Positions 9,565-17,590 are shown, numbered from the stretch's first letter. The stretch is DNA of 64,000 nt from an uncultured Planctomycetota bacterium (GCA_963845755.1 CAWJTV010000041.1:576001-640000), one strand, 5' to 3'. Program-made: numbers and translations. The notes: generated by a model from the sequence alone, not told the origin.

Positions 9565-11508
9565 TTACCGATAGAATGGCTGCCCCTTGAGCCACCTTGG
9601 GCCGTACCGCGGCTCTGGCTTTCCGAATTCCAGCGCGCCCAGGTCCGGCGCGTGGCCTATAAAGCCGTCGTTCACGGTCGGAATCCTCTCGCCCGCATCC
9701 ACCGCCTTGCTTGCCGGTTTGAGCCGAAAGTTCAGGTCAACGGCGTGATAGACCGCATGGCGATTGGCCGGATCCGGGGGAGCCAATCCCTCGAAATCGT
9801 CGAAATCGACCTCGACTCCGTGCGCCTCCTGCATCGTCGCTGCGCGGAGGTCGGCCAGAGTGGCGAAGCTCTTCCAGTCTCCGGGCTTTGGCTCGTGCAG
9901 TCGCTGCCCGCTCTTTGGTGCCAGCCAGGTGTACTGCTCGGTCACACCCTTGTTTGGGCGAAACCCATTGTAATCCGAACTGAACGCATCGGTCGAGTTC
10001 GCCCAGCTCATGATGCCGCGGCCAGGTGTGTCCCTGCCCAGGAACAGGTTGTTCCGGAAGTGCATGTTGGACGATGGCTCCCGCACGACCTGTTCCCCGA
10101 TGATTGTATTGTGGTAAACGAAAAGGCCGGCCGGCTTGGCCGAGAACTTGAAGGCCACGCCCGAGGGCACGTGATACAGAAGGTTGCCAATGAAGTAGAC
10201 CGGCCCGCCGAACACCGGCTGGGAACTGTATCCCCCCTGTGCAGCGTTGACTCCGCGATTGTTCATCACCCGCACGTTGTGAACGCCGCCGTCGGTCTCC
10301 ACGAAGTCGTCATTGAGTAGGTGCAGATCGTTGTTGGTGATGTCGATCGACGAGGCCCGCTGGTCGGGATCCTGCGGTGGCGTTCCGTAGGTCGAGATGC
10401 CGATCCCGTCGTGGAAATAGGCGACCGCATTGTGGTCGATCACATGCCCCGTCCCGTAAACCTTGACCGCATAGTAGCTCGTGAGCGGGTGCGAGCCGTA
10501 AGCCCCCGCGCTGGCCCACATTGGTCCGGTCCACCCGATCAGCCGGAAGCGATCATCGCGGCCCAGGAACAGGTTGTCCGCGATGTAGAAGTCACTGGAG
10601 CCGGCGTACTCGGTCCAGACTCCGAACCCGACTCCTTCGAAGCGGCAGTTCTTGACCGTCAGCCCGACCGCGCCGAGCACTTCCTTCTGCCCGGCGAAGA
10701 TGCCCACGTCGGTGTTGCGAATCGTCAGCCCATCGAAGATGTGGTACCGCGAAGCCATGACGTCGAACAGCCTGTGATTGCCGGCCCCGTCGAAGATCAC
10801 TTCTCCATCGCCGGCCGACTTGATCGTGATCGGCTTCTCTGGCGTCCCTTTCAACGTCAGCGACATCGTGCCATCGAAAGGTGTCATCAGCGGGTCCACG
10901 TAGTTCAGCCGCTGGGGCTTGTAGAGTCCGGCATGCATCTGGATCGTATCGCCCGGCTGGGCCCGCCGTTCCCAGACGACGCTCCAGTCGCCCAGGCCCG
11001 CGCCGTAGTAGGCATGCAAAAGGCTCGTGAAACTGGGCTCCTGGCGCGGGCCCTGATAGTCCGGGGGGTACACATGAAGCGTACGCCCTCCCTTGAAGGG
11101 TTGGGGCTCGCTGCGAGTCCTCACCCGCACGGTGTGCTCGGTCTGGCCACTCGCGTCGTCCGGATCGGTCAACCGGAACCGGCACTCATATTCCGTGCCG
11201 GGCTGGAGGTTCAGGATGCTGCCGGCAAAGCCATCGGGAACCGTGTAGTCGAGATTCTCGCGTCGCCGGTAGACGTTCTCGCCGCCGATTCGCACCAGGG
11301 GCAGCGCCGGTCGCCAAGTGGTTTCACCGGCCGCCCGGAACTCCACCGCGACCGTCGCATTCCGATTCGCATCGCCGCGGATTTCCCACTCGAATCCCAA
11401 GTTGAGGAGGGTGGGGTGCTCCACGACAAATCGTCCCGGCAGGGTGCTGTTCTCGGGGCCAGCCCCCATGGCAACCAGGAAGAGAGCGAAGAGACCCGGG
11501 TAGTTCAT
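9565..11508 (-). CDS. secreted right-handed beta-helix (pectin-lyase-like) protein with N-terminal FnIII-like domain
   Basis: signal peptide MNYPGLFALFLVAMGA; GSILNLQPGTEYECRF; AQPGDTI...HAGLY; repeated parallel beta-helix turns; C-terminal APDLGALE. Confidence 0.75.
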   Translation of the reverse strand: MNYPGLFALFLVAMGAGPENSTLPGRFVVEHPTLLNLGFEWEIRGDANRNATVAVEFRAAGETTWRPALPLVRIGGENVYRRRENLDYTVPDGFAGSILNLQPGTEYECRFRLTDPDDASGQTEHTVRVRTRSEPQPFKGGRTLHVYPPDYQGPRQEPSFTSLLHAYYGAGLGDWSVVWERRAQPGDTIQMHAGLYKPQRLNYVDPLMTPFDGTMSLTLKGTPEKPITIKSAGDGEVIFDGAGNHRLFDVMASRYHIFDGLTIRNTDVGIFAGQKEVLGAVGLTVKNCRFEGVGFGVWTEYAGSSDFYIADNLFLGRDDRFRLIGWTGPMWASAGAYGSHPLTSYYAVKVYGTGHVIDHNAVAYFHDGIGISTYGTPPQDPDQRASSIDITNNDLHLLNDDFVETDGGVHNVRVMNNRGVNAAQGGYSSQPVFGGPVYFIGNLLYHVPSGVAFKFSAKPAGLFVYHNTIIGEQVVREPSSNMHFRNNLFLGRDTPGRGIMSWANSTDAFSSDYNGFRPNKGVTEQYTWLAPKSGQRLHEPKPGDWKSFATLADLRAATMQEAHGVEVDFDDFEGLAPPDPANRHAVYHAVDLNFRLKPASKAVDAGERIPTVNDGFIGHAPDLGALEFGKPEPRYGPRWLKGQPFYR

Positions 11509-11956
11509 GGCTGGAGCTCCATACACGACATGACGGCTTCGAGAATCAGAATCCAGTCGCGAAGTGGGCAGCTTAATCTGGGCGTGGACAGCGATACAAG
11601 TGCCAGCGTCGGCCCGGACTCGTGGCAAGGACGTCGTCCAGGAAAAACTCGAGGACGAGCGAGGGCCTGTCGTGGCGAGTGCGTAGGAGTACCAGGAACT
11701 CACAGTGACCGAGCACGATAGCCACATGTTCGTCTTCGGTCGGGGCGGATGAACCGTGAGGGGAGGGGTCGGGGAGAGGAGACTCGTCTCTCCCGAGTTT
11801 CACGAGCGCGGGCGAAACCCGGCACCGCTTTCTTGACGAAACGTCATCGCCTCTAATGTATAGGCTCGTATATAGTTCAGGCAATGCAACATTCCCGGAG
11901 GGTCCACTTTGTCGGCCGTCAATGGTGTAGAGCCCGCAGAGCCGTTCTCCCTCGTG

Positions 11957-12727
11957 TTAGTAACGATCGTCGTGGTACCAGAGTTCACCTCCGTCGATCG
12001 TCAACATGCAGCGGAGCATCGGACCCCCTCCGCGGCCGAACAGCCACCACGCCTCGACCTCGATCGGGGAGAAGAGGAAGTTGATGCCGTGCGGGTGGAG
12101 CGGCTCGTCGGCGAGCCCCTGGCGGTGCAGGTCGTCGATGTCGTCCTCCGCGGCTTTCTTCAGCTCGTCCCAGCCCCCGAGGATCGCCGGTCGCGTCGGC
12201 AGATTCAGGTCGCGCGGCTCGAGCCAGGGGATGCCGGCGCCGCCCAGCTCGACGACCAGGCTGGCCCTGGGGTCCTTGATCTGCGATGCCGACACGCAGG
12301 ACCAGCCCGGGAAGACCGTCCCGGGCCCGACGACGACGGCGTAGCTGGAACGGCCGCGATGGGGGTGTGCGGGGCACTCATAGACCGCGGGCATCCGCCC
12401 GGACAGCCGGGCGTTGTTCGGCCCGTCCCAGGGTTCGTCGAGACGATACGAATTGTACAAGGCATGCTCACCCGCGTACGGGAGGATGAGGGCTCTCCAG
12501 CTATGCATTGGCCTGCCGGACACATTGGTCGTATACGCGGGTGGGAAGCAACCATAGTCCGCGTGATAGCTCCGCAACGCCAGTCCAATCGCTCGCAGGT
12601 TCGCCTTGCAGCCCCTATCCAAGGCTGATACGCTTATTGGTGTGAGCACCAGATACATCAAAGCAGCAACCGAGGCTGTGCCGAATAACAATTGCCATTT
12701 TGAGAATCGAATATGTGGCAGCCACAT
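11957..12727 (-). CDS. DUF1559-like protein (non-pilin N-terminus)
   Basis: CKANLRAIGLALRSYH, GCFPPAY, HSWRALILPY, EPWDGPNN, PWLEPRDL, HPHGINFLF. Confidence 0.75.
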   Translation of the reverse strand: MWLPHIRFSKWQLLFGTASVAALMYLVLTPISVSALDRGCKANLRAIGLALRSYHADYGCFPPAYTTNVSGRPMHSWRALILPYAGEHALYNSYRLDEPWDGPNNARLSGRMPAVYECPAHPHRGRSSYAVVVGPGTVFPGWSCVSASQIKDPRASLVVELGGAGIPWLEPRDLNLPTRPAILGGWDELKKAAEDDIDDLHRQGLADEPLHPHGINFLFSPIEVEAWWLFGRGGGPMLRCMLTIDGGELWYHDDRY

Positions 12728-12988
12728 CGCAGGATTCCCTGGAAAGTCTGATCTCTGGATCGCCTGTTACACGTCCCGCCATCGTCCCTCGCCAGGATGT
12801 CCGCGCCAACCATGATCGAGACTTTACAGCCAGAGGGGCTCATTCGGCATCGATTCGCCTCATCGCTTCGGTGGCAACCTGACGTAAGCGAGGGTCCGGA
12901 TCTTGGCGAGTCATCGCGGCCAGGCGCGGCTTGCGGCGAGCCGGTATTTCTCTCCCAACATTCGGTGCCACTCGAATTTCTGTGGCGA

Positions 12989-13198
12989 TCAGTGTCTCAC
13001 GTTCTCGCCGAGGGCATTGGTCTTGCTAGCCCAGCCTGGTCCGTGAGCATAAACCACCAAACAACTGGCTTCATGATGAGCAGCCATGGCCAGAAATCGA
13101 TCACGGCGGCGCTGCAACTCGACGGCTACACCGAATACTGTCCCGATTGTTGCAACCACAGCCATCCACCACCGAGTCGTCATCCGGGGCAGTCGCAT
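12989..13198 (-). CDS. small membrane-anchored hypothetical protein (possibly truncated)
   Basis: MRLPRMTTRWWMAVVATIG N-terminus typical of small Isosphaeraceae proteins; GGAGG RBS. Confidence 0.55.
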   Translation of the reverse strand: MRLPRMTTRWWMAVVATIGTVFGVAVELQRRRDRFLAMAAHHEASCLVVYAHGPGWASKTNALGENVRH

Positions 13199-13236
13199 GA
13201 CCCGAACCTCCGGGCTGACAGACTGGCCAGTCTGAT

Positions 13237-13320
13237 CTCTAGTCCAGGATTTATACCGCAGACTTGACGTAAGTCCTTTCTCGACGTCTCAGATTCCGTT
13301 GATGGGAGGGGGATATTCAC
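13237..13320. repeat. 84-bp direct repeat, copy 1
   Basis: ctctagtccagg...ttgacgtaagtcctttctcgacgtc...ggagggggatattcac; 74/84 identical to 13940..14023 by manual alignment. Confidence 0.9.
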
Positions 13321-13470
13321 CGGAGGGGTAGGAAGGGGCATTGCTAATCCCCCAGGCAAAATACATAGGATGACGAAGGCGTTGTTTCCCATATTGCCCA
13401 TCCTGCGTTAATGTTAAGCAATCCCCTTTGGCAGGCTTTGTTACTGCTTCAGCGGAGACGGCACGACAAA

Positions 13471-13782
13471 TTAGTCGAGGAGGTGATCACGCATCTGAAC
13501 CTTCCCGCTTGGCTTCGGGATAGGACCTCTTGCACGGCTTCGCTGGGATCTGGTGCCCATGGCCACAAGATACATACCCCCCAGCCAAAAACCGAGAAAG
13601 CTGCCGGCCGCCCCGCCCAAGAACACGAATACGGCAGCAATGAACGCCAGAATAAATAGGGACCCTACGTGATCGATATCATTTGGGTTGTTACTCGGCA
13701 AGAGGAGGATCACCAGGAAACAGATAAGGCCGGCTATAGCCCCGATCACCAAGCCATAGACCGTCGGTCGAAGTAGTCGCAT
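13471..13782 (-). CDS. small two-TM hypothetical protein
   Basis: two hydrophobic helices (VYGLVIGAIAGLICFLVILLL; SLFILAFIAAVFVFLGG); lower GC. Confidence 0.5.
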   Translation of the reverse strand: MRLLRPTVYGLVIGAIAGLICFLVILLLPSNNPNDIDHVGSLFILAFIAAVFVFLGGAAGSFLGFWLGGMYLVAMGTRSQRSRARGPIPKPSGKVQMRDHLLD

Positions 13783-13939
13783 GATGATGCGGTCCTGTTT
13801 TCTCGAATGCTTCCGGACGACCCGATTTCGATGTGCATGGACTCCGAAGGGATTGACGAGGATGCGCATGGCCACGACCTCGACCGCTTCCATCGTCCGC
13901 CGTGAGGAGGTCGCATGCCCCCTTCCTGTGAAGGCTCGA

Positions 13940-14023
13940 CTCTAGTCCAGGCATTGCACCGCAGCCTTGACGTAAGTCCTTTCTCGACGTCCCTGATTTC
14001 GTCGATAGGAGGGGGATATTCAC
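13940..14023. repeat. 84-bp direct repeat, copy 2
   Basis: matches 13237..13320. Confidence 0.9.
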
Positions 14024-14256
14024 TGTTTACACATCGGACACTTGTTAGCCATTCCTCTATCGAGGTTGTCAGACGTTCACAGCACGGCCCAGGGCCTTTC
14101 TCAAGGATACCGCGGCGCAGGTTCGTTGCACCAGCGTCAAACCCTCGCGAGGTGTGAGGAATGGAGAATCCGCACTCTTCACAACACTCGGACCAGGATA
14201 GAAGACCAACTGGTCATGATGAATCGACAAGGGGAACGTCGGGGACAGGCGATGAG

Positions 14257-14327
14257 AGGCGCCGGCGGGAGTCGAACCCGCTTCCGCGGTTTTGCAGACC
14301 GCTGCCCGGCCGTCAGGCTCCGGCGCC
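14257..14327 (-). tRNA. tRNA-Cys(GCA)
   Basis: anticodon arm GCGGT-CTGCAAA-ACCGC; TTCGA T-loop; U73. Confidence 0.9.
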
Positions 14328-14357
14328 CTGAGTGCTTCGACCCTCCCTCGGAGGGCA

Positions 14358-14430
14358 TGTCCTCGCCAGGAATCGAACCTGGTCTCCGACCTTCGCAAAG
14401 TCGTGTGCGCGTCCGTCACACTCCGAGGAC
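14358..14430 (-). tRNA. tRNA-Arg(GCG)
   Basis: CGACT-TTGCGAA-GGTCG; acceptor GTCCTCG/CGAGGAC. Confidence 0.85.
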
Positions 14431-14457
14431 AACGATCGGAACAGGACCGTTGACGAG

Positions 14458-14528
14458 TCCCCCACCCGGGAATCGAACCCGGCCTTGCGGCTTCGAAGAC
14501 CGCCGTGCGTCCGCCACACCCGCAGGGA
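14458..14528 (-). tRNA. tRNA-Arg(UCG)
   Basis: GCGGT-CTTCGAA-GCCGC; GU-rich acceptor stem. Confidence 0.8.
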
Positions 14529-14538
14529 AACAGCCGAG

Positions 14539-14610
14539 TGCCCTTGCCAGGAGTCGAACCTGGTCTTCGACCTTCGGAGGGTCGCGTGCCGTCCGTCACA
14601 CGCCAAGGGC
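14539..14610 (-). tRNA. tRNA-Arg(CCG)
   Basis: CGACC-CTCCGAA-GGTCG. Confidence 0.88.
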
Positions 14611-14618
14611 GCAATCGA

Positions 14619-14690
14619 AGCCGACGGCCGGGCTCGAACCGGCATGAACCTGCTTACAAGGCAGGGGCCTCACCGTTCGGCCACGTCGGC
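14619..14690 (-). tRNA. tRNA-Thr(UGU)
   Basis: CCTGC-CTTGTAA-GCAGG. Confidence 0.9.
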
Positions 14691-14699
14691 AGATAAGAG

Positions 14700-14769
14700 C
14701 AGGGGCGCAAGGATTTGAACCCTGTCCGCGAGCTTTGGAAACTCGCTGCTCTCCCAGGAGCACACCCCT
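14700..14769 (-). tRNA. tRNA-Trp(CCA)
   Basis: CGAGT-TTCCAAA-GCTCG; A1-U72, G73. Confidence 0.88.
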
Positions 14770-14791
14770 ATCATTCGATCGATTGAGCGAG

Positions 14792-14864
14792 GGTATTCGG
14801 CGGGAGTTGAACCCGGCGCCTCGAGATTCACAGTCTCGCATGCTTCCGCTACACCACGAACACC
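14792..14864 (-). tRNA. tRNA-His(GUG)
   Basis: CGAGA-CTGTGAA-TCTCG; G-1:C73 pair present. Confidence 0.9.
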
Positions 14865-14901
14865 ATCAGCAAGTCCGGCCCGAGGTTCACCCGGGCCGAG
14901 G

Positions 14902-14985
14902 CGGAAGGGGCGGGAGTCGAACCCGCAAGGCTCATCGCTCGTCCGCTTTCCAAGCGGGTCCCGTCGCCGGTCGGGTGGCCCTTCC
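14902..14985 (-). tRNA. tRNA-Ser(GGA)
   Basis: CCCGC-TTGGAAA-GCGGA; long variable arm; G73. Confidence 0.88.
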
Positions 14986-15002
14986 GTATCAATCAGTTTC
15001 AG

Positions 15003-15076
15003 TGGGCGATGCAGGGGTCGAACCTGCGGCCTCCAGCGTGTCATGCTGGCGCTCTGGCCGGCTGAGCTAACCGCCC
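15003..15076 (-). tRNA. tRNA-Val(GAC)
   Basis: CCAGC-ATGACAC-GCTGG; canonical cloverleaf. Confidence 0.93.
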
Positions 15077-15087
15077 GGATGATCCAT

Positions 15088-15160
15088 TACCCCGACCAGG
15101 ACTCGAACCCGAAACTCCTCGTTAGGACCGAGGCGTGATCCTCCCTTTCACCATCGGGGC
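15088..15160 (-). tRNA. tRNA-Arg(CCU)
   Basis: CCTCG-GTCCTAA-CGAGG. Confidence 0.88.
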
Positions 15161-15170
15161 CAGGAACAAG

Positions 15171-15256
15171 CGGAAGGCAAGGGATTCGAACCCTCATCCC
15201 CTCTCGAGGAACCGTTTTAGCAGGACGGCTCGGCAAACCGTATCCGACTACCTTCC
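15171..15256 (-). tRNA. tRNA-Ser(GCU)
   Basis: CCGTC-CTGCTAA-AACGG; long variable arm. Confidence 0.88.
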
Positions 15257-15263
15257 GTTCGAG

Positions 15264-15334
15264 TGGACCCACCGGGAGTCGAACCCGGGTCTCCGGCCTG
15301 CCGAGCCGGTGTCGTTCCGCTGGACGATGGGCCC
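15264..15334 (-). tRNA. tRNA-Ala(GGC)
   Basis: CCGGC-TCGGCAG-GCCGG (C33); G3:U70. Confidence 0.88.
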
Positions 15335-15364
15335 TTCAAACTTCCCAACCTGCGTTCAACCGAG

Positions 15365-15435
15365 TGGACCGCCGGGGAGTCGAACCCCGATTCCCGGCGT
15401 GCGATACCGGTGTCGTCCCGTTGGACCAGCAGCCC
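15365..15435 (-). tRNA. tRNA-Ala(CGC)
   Basis: CCGGT-ATCGCAC-GCCGG; G3:U70. Confidence 0.88.
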
Positions 15436-15445
15436 GTTTGCGAGA

Positions 15446-15516
15446 AGGTCCGCCCGAGAATCGAACTCGGTCCCCCTCCTTACCATGGAGGTGTGCTGCC
15501 GGAACACCTGCAGACC
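15446..15516 (-). tRNA. tRNA-Thr(GGU)
   Basis: CCTCC-ATGGTAA-GGAGG; atypical D-arm. Confidence 0.82.
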
Positions 15517-15529
15517 GGACGGCGGAGAG

Positions 15530-15602
15530 TCGTCCCGGCAGGACTCGAACCTGCGCTAACCTGTGTGTAAGACAGGCGTCTTGGCCGCTAGACGACGGGA
15601 CG
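15530..15602 (-). tRNA. tRNA-Val(UAC)
   Basis: CCTGT-CTTACAC-ACAGG. Confidence 0.9.
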
Positions 15603-15614
15603 AATTGCGGTCAG

Positions 15615-15688
15615 TAGCACGGGTGGGATTCGAACCCACAGACACCAGGCCCTCGACCTGGTCGCGATGCCAGTTAGCGTACCGTGCC
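15615..15688 (-). tRNA. tRNA-Leu(GAG), short variable loop
   Basis: CCAGG-TCGAGGG-CCTGG (C33); A73. Confidence 0.82.
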
Positions 15689-15702
15689 AGGAACACCGAC
15701 AG

Positions 15703-15771
15703 TTGCGGGTCGGGGAGTCGAACCTCCGTCTCCGAGCGTATGAAACTCGGCCGAGCACCGGCCCACCCGCA
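15703..15771 (-). tRNA. tRNA with CAU anticodon (Met or Ile2), truncated D-arm
   Basis: CGAGT-TTCATAC-GCTCG; perfect acceptor TGCGGGT/ACCCGCA; D region only GGGCCGGTGCTCGGC. Confidence 0.75.
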
Positions 15772-15772
15772 G

Positions 15773-15842
15773 TCCCAGGCCCCGGTATCGAGCCGGGCGG
15801 ATCGGCCTCATGAAAGCCAACCGGGCACCTGCCTCGCCTGGG
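15773..15842 (-). tRNA. second tRNA-like gene with CAU anticodon, truncated D-arm
   Basis: TGGCT-TTCATGA-GGCCG; acceptor CCCAGGC/GCCTGGG; T-loop CTCGATA. Confidence 0.7.
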
Positions 15843-15875
15843 AAACTCGCAGTATCAGTCCAACCGATCAATCAG

Positions 15876-15958
15876 TCGCCAGGGGGAGATTCGAACTCCC
15901 ACGCCTCGAGGGCACGTGCTTCTGAGGCCCGCGCGTCTACCAGTTCCGCCACCCGGCG
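15876..15958 (-). tRNA. tRNA-Leu(CAG), long variable arm
   Basis: CGGGC-CTCAGAA-GCACG; TGGCGGAACTGGTAGACGC D-arm. Confidence 0.92.
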
Positions 15959-15973
15959 CGTCGTCCAGTACAG

Positions 15974-16046
15974 TAGTCCGTGCGGGAATCGAACCCGCCT
16001 CTTCAGCTTGAGGGGCTGATATCCTGAGCCGATAGACGAACGGACC
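15974..16046 (-). tRNA. tRNA-Glu(CUC)
   Basis: TCAGC-CCCTCAA-GCTGA (C33). Confidence 0.88.
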
Positions 16047-16064
16047 TTGAATAAGAACCTCCAG

Positions 16065-16150
16065 TGGGTAGTGAAGGAGTTGAACCTTCCGCCTTCCGCC
16101 TCACAACTTGAGGGCAACGGTTTTACAGACCGCCGTGAGGAACACCACCC
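16065..16150 (-). tRNA. tRNA-Tyr(GUA)-like, D-arm absent, enlarged variable region
   Basis: GCGGT-CTGTAAA-ACCGT; acceptor GGGTGGT/ACTACCC-A; only 10 nt between acceptor and anticodon stems. Confidence 0.75.
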
Positions 16151-16169
16151 GAGAAAAACCATCCGCGAG

Positions 16170-16244
16170 TAGCACGGGTGGGAGTCGAACCCACAGAATC
16201 CCCGGGTTTGAGCCGGGTCGCTTTGCCGGTTTGCGTACCGTGCC
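16170..16244 (-). tRNA. tRNA-Leu(CAA), short variable loop
   Basis: CCCGG-CTCAAAC-CCGGG. Confidence 0.85.
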
Positions 16245-16260
16245 ATCTCTCCTACTCCAG

Positions 16261-16335
16261 CGCCCCCGGCGGGATTCGAACCCGCGACCTCCACTGTGAC
16301 AGAGTGGCGAGCTCTCCAGGCTGCTCCACGAAGGC
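16261..16335 (-). tRNA. tRNA-Asp(GUC)
   Basis: CCACT-CTGTCAC-AGTGG; G73. Confidence 0.92.
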
Positions 16336-16344
16336 GTGATCGAA

Positions 16345-16418
16345 TGGCTCAGGAGGGAGTCGAACCCTCAGCATCCCTCGTTCTAAGCGAGAGTGGTCTG
16401 CCGATTGCCTACCGAGCC
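16345..16418 (-). tRNA. tRNA-Leu(UAG), short variable loop
   Basis: TCTCG-CTTAGAA-CGAGG. Confidence 0.85.
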
Positions 16419-16443
16419 GAGAACTCTTGCACCGAGAACCCAT

Positions 16444-16516
16444 TACCCAGGGTGGGAGTCGAACCCACAGGCGCCCGGGTTTAAGCCGGGCCGCTCAGCC
16501 GTTGGCGTACCTGGGT
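16444..16516 (-). tRNA. tRNA-Leu(UAA), short variable loop
   Basis: CCCGG-CTTAAAC-CCGGG. Confidence 0.85.
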
Positions 16517-16529
16517 CCTCTCTCCGAGG

Positions 16530-16614
16530 CGGAAGCCGTGGGACTCGAACCCACAAGCGGCCTGCGCCGCCACCTGCTTTCAAGACAGGCCCCTGATCCA
16601 GCCGGTTGGCTTCC
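16530..16614 (-). tRNA. tRNA-Ser(UGA)
   Basis: CCTGT-CTTGAAA-GCAGG; long variable arm; G73. Confidence 0.85.
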
Positions 16615-16634
16615 GTGAGGGCATTCCACGCGAG

Positions 16635-16709
16635 TTCCGGGGGCTGGAATCGAACCAGCGGCCTCCGCGTTCAGAGCGCGGCGTCACTACCACCAGCAAC
16701 TGCCCCGGA
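16635..16709 (-). tRNA. tRNA-Gln(CUG)
   Basis: CCGCG-CTCTGAA-CGCGG; U1-A72. Confidence 0.87.
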
Positions 16710-16782
16710 TTCGGGAAGGAGGAATTCGAACCCCCACCGCCTGATTCAAAGTCAGGGAGCCTACCACTTAGCCGATTCCCGA
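16710..16782 (-). tRNA. tRNA-Gln(UUG)
   Basis: CCTGA-CTTTGAA-TCAGG; abuts tRNA-Gln(CUG) with no spacer. Confidence 0.9.
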
Positions 16783-16783
16783 G

Positions 16784-16853
16784 AGCGCCCCGCGGGAGTC
16801 GAACCCGCCTTTCGGACCTGGGAAGCCCGCCCTGACCGCTCGGCCAGGGACGC
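16784..16853 (-). tRNA. tRNA-Gly(CCC)
   Basis: CGGGC-TTCCCAG-GTCCG; U73. Confidence 0.83.
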
Positions 16854-16871
16854 ATCAACCGTCGCTTCGAG

Positions 16872-16942
16872 TGCGGGATCGGGGAGTCGAACCCCGATCG
16901 CCTGGTTGGAAGCCAGGAATCTTGCCATTGGACCAATCCCGC
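16872..16942 (-). tRNA. tRNA-Gly(UCC)
   Basis: CCTGG-CTTCCAA-CCAGG; A73. Confidence 0.9.
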
Positions 16943-16952
16943 GGCCTGCCAG

Positions 16953-17036
16953 CGGAAGGAGAGGGAGTCGAACCCTCAAGGCTCATCGCTCGTCCGGATT
17001 CGAGCCGGGTGCCGTCGCCAATCGGCTTGCCCTTCC
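16953..17036 (-). tRNA. tRNA-Ser(CGA)
   Basis: CCCGG-CTCGAAT-CCGGA; variable arm identical to tRNA-Ser(GGA). Confidence 0.88.
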
Positions 17037-17046
17037 CCAGGAACAG

Positions 17047-17121
17047 CTCCGGCGGCAGGAATCGAACCTGCGTCCCCCCGGTTAACAGCCGGGCGCTCGT
17101 ACCAGCACGAACTCCACCGGA
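17047..17121 (-). tRNA. tRNA-Asn(GUU)
   Basis: CCCGG-CTGTTAA-CCGGG; U1-A72, G73. Confidence 0.9.
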
Positions 17122-17138
17122 ATCATCGCGTCAGACAG

Positions 17139-17213
17139 TCGGGATGGCCGGATTTGAACCGGCGATTTCCTGCTCCCAAGGCAGGCGGATTAGCCAGGCT
17201 TTCCTACATCCCG
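17139..17213 (-). tRNA. tRNA-Pro(UGG)
   Basis: CCTGC-CTTGGGA-GCAGG; C1-G72. Confidence 0.92.
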
Positions 17214-17233
17214 AGTCGCCTCGTTTTCCGACA

Positions 17234-17304
17234 AGTGCCCAGCGGGAGTCGAACCCGCACGTCCGCCTTGGCAAAGCGGTAGGCTTCCGCTACATCATGG
17301 GCAC
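17234..17304 (-). tRNA. tRNA-Gly(GCC)
   Basis: CCGCT-TTGCCAA-GGCGG; U73. Confidence 0.87.
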
Positions 17305-17336
17305 GATCGCCGTCCCCGAATTGTCAAGGAACCGAG

Positions 17337-17408
17337 AGCACCGGGTGGGACTCGAACCCACGTCGCCGCCTTACGAGAGCGGAGTCTTCGCCGCTGGACG
17401 ACCAGTGC
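17337..17408 (-). tRNA. tRNA-Thr(CGU)
   Basis: CCGCT-CTCGTAA-GGCGG. Confidence 0.88.
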
Positions 17409-17419
17409 CTGCATCACGA

Positions 17420-17492
17420 TGGGACCGGAGGGGCTCGAACCCTCACCGAACCGGTTAAGAGCCGGACGTTCTGCCGCTAGAACTTCAGTCCC
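17420..17492 (-). tRNA. tRNA-Lys(CUU)
   Basis: TCCGG-CTCTTAA-CCGGT. Confidence 0.88.
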
Positions 17493-17506
17493 GACTGGTA
17501 GATGAG

Positions 17507-17579
17507 TAGCCCGTGTGGGAATCGAACCCACCTCTCCGCCTTGAAAGGGCGGTATCCTGCGCCGATAGACGAACGAGCC
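17507..17579 (-). tRNA. tRNA-Glu(UUC)
   Basis: CCGCC-CTTTCAA-GGCGG. Confidence 0.92.
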
Positions 17580-17590
17580 ATCTTCACGAG

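Noticed and set aside
11750..14200. Integron-like cassette array (short same-strand lower-GC genes)
   Set aside because: No integron integrase and no convincing attC (RYYYAAC...GTTRRRY) hairpins found by eye; only the 84-bp repeat is supportable.
15974..16614. Possible tRNA-Sec or UGA suppressor to serve the three UGA genes
   Set aside because: The loop CCCUCAA centres on CUC (Glu), and the 16530 gene has anticodon UGA (Ser), not UCA. No selA/B/C/D is in the window, so Sec machinery must lie elsewhere.
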